Shown here: positions 9,944 through 16,087 of the stretch, one piece after another
Position numbering within the stretch: position 1 is the first letter of the stretch
Layout: every line of letters begins with the position of its first letter
Virus record (IMG/VR): IMGVR_UViG_3300025687_000146
Location: 1 to 35,913 of that record
Direction: 5' to 3' (one strand)
Origin: a virus
Taxonomy: Duplodnaviria; Caudoviricetes
DNA: 35,913 nucleotides
Program-made: the position numbers and the translations under genes
Notes under the pieces: model-generated
Seen by the model: only the letters and a program-made list of their open reading frames with translations
Database searches by the model: none
What the model was told of the DNA's origin: nothing

Positions 9944-10569
9944 ATTGGCAATACTTAAAACTTTTATGGGATGACACACTAATACAAAACTTGTATAATG
10001 ACATAAGTGTATTAGAAGAACAAAAAGATTTATGTATTACTGATTTGAAAGAAGCAAAAAAAATTATAGATGACTTAATAAAAGAAAATGATATATTAAG
10101 AGCACTAAGTAATCAGGAAGAAACAATAATTGATATTGATGACGAAAGAATAAGTACAGGAACAAAAGAAATAGATAAGAAAAGCCCACACAGTAGTTTT
10201 AGCAGAAGAAAACTATTACAAATCAGTAAGAACATGTTAGCAGCAGATAAAAGATTATACGTCATACAACTCGCTGGTGACACTAATAGTATGGAACCAG
10301 ATATTGACGACCACACAATACTAATATTTGAGCGTTACGATGACGTAGCAAAGACCGTACCATTAAGCGAACAAGACATAGTTCAATACAAACACCCACA
10401 ATACAGTGGTTATTTCGTTCACAGAATCAGAGAAATAAAAAATGGCAAGTACCATATTAAAGGTGATAACAACCGATATTATGACGGCTGGTTTGATGAT
10501 ACAGTGATTAAAGGACGATACGTTGGAAAACTTATCGGAAAAGAAATGGATGGTGAAACCAATGACTAA
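9940..10569 (+). CDS. S26 (Sec11 / archaeal signal peptidase I-like) peptidase with an N-terminal coiled coil
   Basis: Motifs NSMEP, DIVQY, FVHRI and IKGDNN...D match the Ser-His S26B boxes. Confidence 0.75.
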   Translation: MNWQYLKLLWDDTLIQNLYNDISVLEEQKDLCITDLKEAKKIIDDLIKENDILRALSNQEETIIDIDDERISTGTKEIDKKSPHSSFSRRKLLQISKNMLAADKRLYVIQLAGDTNSMEPDIDDHTILIFERYDDVAKTVPLSEQDIVQYKHPQYSGYFVHRIREIKNGKYHIKGDNNRYYDGWFDDTVIKGRYVGKLIGKEMDGETND

Positions 10570-10813
10570 AGAAACTACAGTGAATTATACAATGAAGGAA
10601 ATACTTTACGAAATAAAAAATGATATTAATGAAGTAAAAAATGCTTTAGACTTACATATACACGACGAAACTAATGATATTAAAGAATTAACTAAACACG
10701 TAATGGAAACAAACGGAAAAGTTAAGAACATTAAATGGATAGCAACAACTGCGTTAACAATGACAATGGCATTCGCTGGTTATTTAATAACGCATTTATT
10801 AAGACAAAACTAG
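10562..10813 (+). CDS. Holin-like / XhlA-like membrane protein
   Basis: ATG 10562 with TGGTGA SD; coiled coil followed by one C-terminal hydrophobic helix. Confidence 0.5.
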   Translation: MTKETTVNYTMKEILYEIKNDINEVKNALDLHIHDETNDIKELTKHVMETNGKVKNIKWIATTALTMTMAFAGYLITHLLRQN

Positions 10814-10815
10814 AT

Positions 10816-10840
10816 AATAATTAAATTTATAAATGATAAA
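10816..10840 (+). promoter_or_regulatory. Late-promoter-like motif (variant copy)
   Basis: AATAATTAAATTTATAAA matches 17 of the first 18 nt of the 2789/30073 motif; intergenic. Confidence 0.5.
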
Positions 10841-10895
10841 GAAATAATAAAATAATATTCAAATGCTTCCCTATTAGGAAGTGGAGGAAAATAAA

Positions 10896-11507
10896 ATGGA
10901 AAAGAAAGTATTGAAAGCAGGACTCGCTATTGGTAGCGCAGCAGCACTAGGATTATCATTCTTAGCTGGAGCAGTATCAGTTGACCCTGTAGAGACAGTA
11001 ATAGAAAAAAACATAACTGTATTCGAACAAGTTGAAGTACCTGTAGAAGTACCTATTGAAGTTATCAAAGAAATTAAAGTTGATAACAAGAACTTAGACT
11101 TAGTATTAGAACACATTTATGACAATGATGGAAATGTTGAATACTTGTTAGATGATTTAGACGATGACGAACTTGAATTTGTTGTTGACAGAATTGTTTT
11201 TGTTAATGATGTTAAAGCGCAAGCTTTAGAAATCGTTAAGAAAGAAGGTATTGACGAATTAGATAAAGAAGTAGTTGGAGAAGTCGAGATTGACGAAGAC
11301 GACGTTGAAAGATTCAAATTATATGATGATGACGAAGACGTTTTAATTGATGATATTGATTTTGAAGATGGAGATGCAGAAGTATTAGTAAGAGTAAGAT
11401 TCGAATTAGATGATGACGAAACTAAATATGGAGCATTATACAAGGTTTCTTTTGAGGAAGGCAAGTTTGACGAGCTAGACTTAGAAGAAGTATACGTAAG
11501 AGAGTAA
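10896..11507 (+). CDS. Highly acidic secreted or membrane-anchored protein
   Basis: ATG 10896 after GGAGG; basic-then-hydrophobic signal-like N-terminus, VEVP repeats, very D/E-rich body. Confidence 0.7.
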   Translation: MEKKVLKAGLAIGSAAALGLSFLAGAVSVDPVETVIEKNITVFEQVEVPVEVPIEVIKEIKVDNKNLDLVLEHIYDNDGNVEYLLDDLDDDELEFVVDRIVFVNDVKAQALEIVKKEGIDELDKEVVGEVEIDEDDVERFKLYDDDEDVLIDDIDFEDGDAEVLVRVRFELDDDETKYGALYKVSFEEGKFDELDLEEVYVRE

Positions 11508-11533
11508 ACACTCTCATTTTTTCTTTTTTTTTT
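11500..11533 (+). terminator. Hairpin plus oligo-T terminator
   Basis: GAGAGT-AAAC-ACTCTC (11500-11515) followed by a long T-run. Confidence 0.65.
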
Positions 11534-11544
11534 ATATTCTATAT

Positions 11545-11569
11545 AATAATTAATTTTATAAAGACTTAA
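11545..11569 (+). promoter_or_regulatory. Late-promoter-like motif (variant copy)
   Basis: 21/25 identity to the 2789/30073 motif. ATG 11585 follows with no SD, consistent with a leaderless mRNA. Confidence 0.55.
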
Positions 11570-11584
11570 AACAATAAAATTCTT

Positions 11585-11755
11585 ATGAATAAAGCATTTT
11601 ACCAAAGTCTAACCTTTTGGGGTGTTGTCGCATGGGCAATCGTAGGCGTTTTAGAACAAGCAGCAGTATTGAATCCAGAAGTATCAATATATGCTCAATC
11701 TATCGCTGCAATATTGACCGTCTTAGGAATAAGAAGAGCTATACCATCACCATAA
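11585..11755 (+). CDS. Small two-TM holin-like protein (56 aa, not in the ORF track)
   Basis: Translates as MNKAFYQSLTFWGVVAWAIVGVLEQAAVLNPEVSIYAQSIAAILTVLGIRRAIPSP. The KxxYxSxTxW start and GxRxA end resemble small phage holin-like proteins. Confidence 0.65.
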   Translation: MNKAFYQSLTFWGVVAWAIVGVLEQAAVLNPEVSIYAQSIAAILTVLGIRRAIPSP

Positions 11756-11825
11756 AAATAATTAAGTGGTTAATAATGGTCTTGTTATTAGTTATAACTA
11801 TAAAATGCTCTATTGGAGGATGACC

Positions 11826-12641
11826 ATGGCTAAGAAACAACCTACACTTATTGAATTAATGGAAGAAGAACTTGATAAAAGAACCGCTAGAGAAGTAAAT
11901 TTTGTTCACGCAAAACTACCCGGAGACAGACCGATAATATTACCTTTGAGCGATGTTCACTGGGGAAGTCCAGAATGTAACGTTCCTTTATTCATGGACA
12001 ACATGGAATGGGCTTTTGATAATAAACATGTTTATTTAATATTAAATGGTGACTTATTAGAAGCAAGCACAAGAACAAGTGTAGGTTCTGGCGTTTACGA
12101 ACAGAAAGAAACTGCTGGTAAACAATTAGAAGAAATGTTAGCCATACTTCAACCTTTCGCTGAAGAAAAAAGAATATTAGGAATTACTAATGGAAATCAC
12201 GAAGATAGAATTTATAATATGTCTGGTGTTGATATTACTAGAATAATGGCTGATAGATTAGACGTTCCTTATTTTAAGAACGGAGGATTCTTTAAGATTA
12301 ATGTTGGTAAACAAAATTATCACATGTACGTAACTCACGGTAGTAGTGGAGCTTTATTACCTTATACTAAGATTAAGAAGACTTTAGACTTTGCTCGTTT
12401 TATTAATGTTGACATTTATGCTAATGGTCACGTTCACGATGCACAAGTTCATACTCAAGAATACATGAGTATTAATAATCGTAGTAACAGCGTAGATAAA
12501 CAAATGAGATATTTTATACTTACAGGACATTACTTGAATTATGAAGGTTACGCACAAGCAAAAGGAATGGTACCGGCTAAGCAAGGAACACCTAAGATTA
12601 AGTTACACGGTGATAAAAGAATGATAAGAGTGAGTATATGA
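11826..12641 (+). CDS. Calcineurin-like metallophosphoesterase
   Basis: All five motifs are present: SDVHWG, NGDLLE, GNHEDR, THG and GHVH. GGAGG SD before ATG 11826. Confidence 0.9.
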   Translation: MAKKQPTLIELMEEELDKRTAREVNFVHAKLPGDRPIILPLSDVHWGSPECNVPLFMDNMEWAFDNKHVYLILNGDLLEASTRTSVGSGVYEQKETAGKQLEEMLAILQPFAEEKRILGITNGNHEDRIYNMSGVDITRIMADRLDVPYFKNGGFFKINVGKQNYHMYVTHGSSGALLPYTKIKKTLDFARFINVDIYANGHVHDAQVHTQEYMSINNRSNSVDKQMRYFILTGHYLNYEGYAQAKGMVPAKQGTPKIKLHGDKRMIRVSI

Positions 12642-12958
12642 AAATACCTTTGTTCGGAACTACGTGGGATATAAAGTACGTCACTAACAAAAAAATGCAG
12701 GAGTTGTACGGTGAAGACGGTACTGAGAACGATTATGACGGTATGTGTGATAAGGATAATCAAATACTATATATTAATCGTAACTTACACCCTCACAGAA
12801 AAAACTTAGCTATTGTACACGAATCAATGCACGCATTGTGTGACCACGTAGGCATTCCTGTTGGTGATGAAGAAGAAGAGAAAATTATTAGACACTTCGA
12901 ACACGGAGTATTAGAACTAATAGTTGCTCTACATAAGGTGTTGAAGTTTGAAGAATAA
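12638..12958 (+). CDS. HExxH zinc metallopeptidase-like protein (ImmA/IrrE-like)
   Basis: 'GMCD...ILYIN...IVHESMHAL...EE' pattern. Confidence 0.75.
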   Translation: MKIPLFGTTWDIKYVTNKKMQELYGEDGTENDYDGMCDKDNQILYINRNLHPHRKNLAIVHESMHALCDHVGIPVGDEEEEKIIRHFEHGVLELIVALHKVLKFEE

Positions 12959-13304
12959 TCGTTTCGGTAGTGAAGAACGCCACCAAAAAATTCAGGACAG
13001 TCTAGAAAAACGTTTGCGTGGTTATGGGTATAAGACTTATACTAATATTAATTATTATGATACTAATAAAGAAAGAGTACTTGGTGAAGTTGACATACTA
13101 GCCTTTAAGGTAGACCGCGAAGGTTATTTACGAGATATTAGGATTTATGAAGTTAAAAGTGGTAGTGACGGTTTTAGTCACGCACAAGAACAACTTAAGA
13201 GAGCAAGAAAGTATTTTCGACCAACTAAAAATCATATTGAGCCTAAACTGGTTTATGTTACTGATGACAGACACGGAGCTTTAAAGGCTAGGAGGGTAAG
13301 ATGA
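12948..13304 (+). CDS. PD-(D/E)XK family nuclease
   Basis: GEVDILAF...IYEVKS...AQEQL; TTG start with AGGTG SD. Confidence 0.75.
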   Translation: MKNNRFGSEERHQKIQDSLEKRLRGYGYKTYTNINYYDTNKERVLGEVDILAFKVDREGYLRDIRIYEVKSGSDGFSHAQEQLKRARKYFRPTKNHIEPKLVYVTDDRHGALKARRVR

Positions 13305-13591
13305 GTGATGAAGGAATGAATATATTAATGGACGGTGATGAAGTGCAACCAGTTAGTTTAGACGAATTTGTTGATGCAGTGGATAAGAGTAATAAGTTTC
13401 ATGCGATGAAATTAAAGTGGGGTATGGCTTTGAAGGAACAATTTATGGATTACTTGCATAACCCTACTGTTGAGGTCGAATGTTATTATGATAGGGATTT
13501 GGATACTTATTTTTATGCTGTTAAACCTTATGAAGGTAGTGACTTACAGGATATGATTAATGAACGCTTAGGTATAAAGCCCATAGATTGA
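13301..13591 (+). CDS. Hypothetical protein
   Basis: GGAGGGT SD and ATGA overlap with the upstream gene. Confidence 0.65.
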   Translation: MSDEGMNILMDGDEVQPVSLDEFVDAVDKSNKFHAMKLKWGMALKEQFMDYLHNPTVEVECYYDRDLDTYFYAVKPYEGSDLQDMINERLGIKPID

Positions 13592-13632
13592 TTCTAACAC
13601 ATTATTTTGTTTAGGTATATGAGCTATAATGT

Positions 13633-13658
13633 AAAAGAAAAAGAGCCCTTAACGGGCT
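13633..13658 (-). terminator. Terminator of the minus-strand early operon
   Basis: AGCCC-TTAAC-GGGCT stem (13644-13658) followed on the minus strand by a U-rich run; lies between convergent genes. Confidence 0.55.
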
Positions 13659-13739
13659 TATATGGTATATTTAATCGAGTTCTATCTGTTCTGTACATAG
13701 CTTTCTATACTTGGTCTGTAATTCTCTAACTTTTTCATT

Positions 13740-13997
13740 CTAAATTACCTCCACGTGTTGTGGGTTTCCTATCGCTGTATGATGCCTCAATTCTTCCCTA
13801 ATACTCATTACTTCTTTAGAAATTAATTCTAAAGCTTCAAGAAAAAACAAAGTATCCGATTTCTCGGACTTTTGCTCTTCTTTAACAAGGTGTATTTGAG
13901 TATCAATATCATATAATTCCATATACGACTTTATTCCTTTCATTACCAATTCTTTATCTTCTTTACCAAGGTCTTTACAATTAACTTTAAATTCCAT
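13740..13997 (-). CDS. Hypothetical early protein
   Basis: AGGAG SD places the start at 13997 (MEFKVN...). Confidence 0.65.
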   Translation of the reverse strand: MEFKVNCKDLGKEDKELVMKGIKSYMELYDIDTQIHLVKEEQKSEKSDTLFFLEALELISKEVMSIREELRHHTAIGNPQHVEVI

Positions 13998-13998
13998 T

Positions 13999-14346
13999 TT
14001 AAAAACTCCTAAGTTCTTCAAGTAATTTTTTACGAATAACTTTGTACTTTTGAACTTGTTCAACAGCTTGCCGATAACTAATAATAGCAGCTCGATGTTC
14101 AGCTTTAACTAATTTCTTTGTTCTTGGTCTAACTTTATCTAATTCTTCTTCAACTTTTGTTTCCACAAAGTCAGTCGTATTTTTAGTTCCTAATAATTCT
14201 TGTTTTCTTCGTTCTATACTCTCAGTTAATGCTTGCAATTGTTCTTCTAACTGCATTCTTTTTGTTTCGTCTTGTTCTTGGTCTATCATTACTAATAGTT
14301 TTGTTCTTTCTTTTGCTAGTATGTTCATTGTTTTGTCTTGTATCAT
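13999..14346 (-). CDS. Coiled-coil hypothetical protein
   Basis: GAGGTG SD; E/K/Q/L-rich heptads. Confidence 0.7.
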   Translation of the reverse strand: MIQDKTMNILAKERTKLLVMIDQEQDETKRMQLEEQLQALTESIERRKQELLGTKNTTDFVETKVEEELDKVRPRTKKLVKAEHRAAIISYRQAVEQVQKYKVIRKKLLEELRSF

Positions 14347-14474
14347 TCTTGCACCTCATTATCTTGTTCTTCGTTTATGCACTCGTATCCTTTGTCAGTT
14401 TCGCAATCAAAATGTTCTGCGTTGAAGTCTGTATCTATGTGTTGGTCACAATAGTGACAGTATTGAATACTCAT
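14343..14474 (-). CDS. Small Cys/His protein (43 aa, not in the ORF track)
   Basis: Translates as MSIQYCHYCDQHIDTDFNAEHFDCETDKGYECINEEQDNEVQE; ATGA overlaps on both sides. Confidence 0.6.
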   Translation of the reverse strand: MSIQYCHYCDQHIDTDFNAEHFDCETDKGYECINEEQDNEVQE

Positions 14475-14647
14475 TGTAATTCCCTTATTCTTGCTGGAAT
14501 AACAATTAATTTATTACACTCGTCACAGCATGTTCCTTTATTTACTGGTCTTGCGTTGTTCCCGTATCCAACATGTGTTTCTTTACATATTGAACACTTG
14601 TAACTCATTAAGTTGTCGAAATCGTGTTCTCCTTCAAAGGTTGTCAT
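14471..14647 (-). CDS. Small zinc-binding viral protein
   Basis: CSIC...YGNNARPV..GTCCDECN..VIPAR motif. Confidence 0.7.
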   Translation of the reverse strand: MTTFEGEHDFDNLMSYKCSICKETHVGYGNNARPVNKGTCCDECNKLIVIPARIRELQ

Positions 14648-14751
14648 TATTCCCACACTCCTCTGTAACCAATATGAAACATTTGTCGGTTGAATCTTAT
14701 CGGTTTTTGAGTCAACTGGTATTGTTCGTTTAATTCCTTAATAGATTTCAT
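14647..14751 (-). CDS. Small hypothetical protein (34 aa, not in the ORF track)
   Basis: Translates as MKSIKELNEQYQLTQKPIRFNRQMFHIGYRGVWE and tiles exactly between its neighbours. Confidence 0.5.
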   Translation of the reverse strand: MKSIKELNEQYQLTQKPIRFNRQMFHIGYRGVWE

Positions 14752-14915
14752 TCTCTTAACCCCAACACCCATTCTAACATTGCTCTTCTAGTTCTTAAAG
14801 CAGAAATCCTATAAGGATTATAATCTTCGTAGTCTTCTTCGAGTTTTGCTCTTTCGATTTTTAATCCTTCAATTACTGCTTCCAACATTTCTTCTATTTC
14901 GTATTTACTTCTCAT
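14748..14915 (-). CDS. Small hypothetical protein (55 aa, not in the ORF track)
   Basis: MRSKYEIEEMLEAV...LEWVLGLRE; GGAGGTGA SD; ATGA overlaps. Confidence 0.65.
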   Translation of the reverse strand: MRSKYEIEEMLEAVIEGLKIERAKLEEDYEDYNPYRISALRTRRAMLEWVLGLRE

Positions 14916-15112
14916 TGTGTCACCTCCGAGAAAGCTTGGTAATAAGCTTCCTCAAGTGTTAATACGTCGTACTCGATACCTAAGTTTTTGAGTAATCTTT
15001 CGATTGCTTTTAGGTATGAGTTTTTTCTTAACGTTCTGTCTTCGTCTTTAGGAGTTGTTAGTCCTAATTCTTTTGCTGTTTTTATGATTGCGATTAATGT
15101 ATCCGTTTTCAT
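14912..15112 (-). CDS. Hypothetical early protein
   Basis: GAGGT SD and ATGA overlap. Confidence 0.65.
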   Translation of the reverse strand: MKTDTLIAIIKTAKELGLTTPKDEDRTLRKNSYLKAIERLLKNLGIEYDVLTLEEAYYQAFSEVTQ

Positions 15113-15297
15113 TTTCTTACCTCGTTTAATAAGTGTCCATATTCTTCAAAATCTATTTCCGCAAGGCATTCATAATAACATTTCTTACAGATAGGTCTTT
15201 CTTCACATTCCCCTGCTCCTGTGTCTCTTGTTAGTTTTCCACAATCTTCGCAGGTGTAACATCCACTTCTTTTTTTAAATAATGATGGATTATTCAT
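15109..15297 (-). CDS. Small zinc-finger protein
   Basis: CEDC...CKKC; GAGGTGA SD. Confidence 0.65.
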   Translation of the reverse strand: MNNPSLFKKRSGCYTCEDCGKLTRDTGAGECEERPICKKCYYECLAEIDFEEYGHLLNEVRK

Positions 15298-15380
15298 TGT
15301 GTCACCTCGTTTACTGCCCAGGCAATGATTGCGCCTGGATTTTCGTTGTGTAATTCTTCCAAAGTTATGTATTTATTCAT
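15294..15380 (-). CDS. Small hypothetical protein (28 aa, not in the ORF track)
   Basis: Translates as MNKYITLEELHNENPGAIIAWAVNEVTQ; GGAGGTG SD; tiles between its neighbours. Confidence 0.5.
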   Translation of the reverse strand: MNKYITLEELHNENPGAIIAWAVNEVTQ

Positions 15381-15704
15381 TTATAACACCTCCTCTATTC
15401 TTTTTGTTTTTTCATTGTATTCAGGATGACTAGTGAAATAATCTTCTAATACCATCCACAATGCTTCATCATCTGCCATTATTCTTTTTACGAATTGATT
15501 GAATGTTTCAGTTCTTATTTTGATTTCTTCTGTTACTTCTTCTACGTCTGTGTCTATCCAAGGACAACCAACGTTTCCTTCTGAGTCTTTGAACCATGCT
15601 CCGTCACTTCCGTCCCAGTCTATTTCTATAATGCTTCCTGCTGGTATTGTGTAGTTGTCATTGATTTTGTTGTCTTTTTTTGTTTTGTATGTTTTCCATG
15701 TCAT
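15381..15704 (-). CDS. First gene of the early operon, hypothetical
   Basis: GAGGTG SD favours ATG 15704 over 15731. Confidence 0.65.
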   Translation of the reverse strand: MTWKTYKTKKDNKINDNYTIPAGSIIEIDWDGSDGAWFKDSEGNVGCPWIDTDVEEVTEEIKIRTETFNQFVKRIMADDEALWMVLEDYFTSHPEYNEKTKRIEEVL

Positions 15705-15752
15705 TTTTTGCACCTCTGCGTTGTTTTTCATAATATAAGATTGGTATATACC

Positions 15753-15770
15753 TTTATAAAACTTTCTATT
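15753..15770 (-). promoter_or_regulatory. Archaeal-type BRE-TATA promoter of the early operon
   Basis: Minus strand reads AATAGAAAG-TTTTATAAA, about 22 nt before 15731. Confidence 0.6.
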
Positions 15771-16002
15771 TTTAAGCCTTTTTTAGCCTATTTTAAGCCA
15801 TTTTTACGTAAAAATGATACTTTTTCACGTAAAACTATTAATATAATATACTAAAATATAGTCCAATTACTTTATTTCAATATTGAAAATAAATATTATA
15901 ATATATATATTACATAATATATTTTATAAAATAATAAAATATTAAAAGAGCATAATTATAAAAATAGTATGGTGTGTATAAAAACAAAAATATCAGATTC
16001 TC

Positions 16003-16060
16003 GGGCAAGACTTATGTTTTCATATACGCACCTCGTTTATCAATTCTTTAAGTCTTGCCC
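16003..16060 (+). repeat. Perfect 12-bp inverted repeat with a 34-nt loop carrying an anti-SD sequence
   Basis: GGGCAAGACTTA (16003-16014) and TAAGTCTTGCCC (16049-16060); the loop contains TTTTCAT...GCACCTCGTTTA. Confidence 0.8.
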
Positions 16061-16087
16061 ATTTATTAAATACACAGAGGTGCAGTT

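Larger units (their letters stand above)
15732..16087. other. AT-rich divergent control region with palindromes and short repeats
   Basis: TTTT(A)AGCC x3 (about 15770-15799), TTTTTACGTAAAAA (15801-15814), TTTCAATATTGAAA (15875-15888) and TAATATATATATTA (15899-15912). Confidence 0.65.

Noticed and set aside
11117-11605. 162-aa Ser-rich minus-strand ORF, and similar antisense ORFs such as 1332-1649, 5340-5738, 5904-6287, 27187-27660 and 35244-35516
   Set aside because: These are shadows of well-supported plus-strand genes, with no SD and a composition explained by the antisense codons.
11617-11823. 68-aa ORF in the track (MGCCRM...)
   Set aside because: It overlaps the better-supported 56-aa holin-like frame at 11585-11755 and intergenic DNA.
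15732-16087. CRISPR mini-array or tRNA in the intergenic region
   Set aside because: There are no equal-length repeats with unique spacers and no cloverleaf or T-loop consensus.
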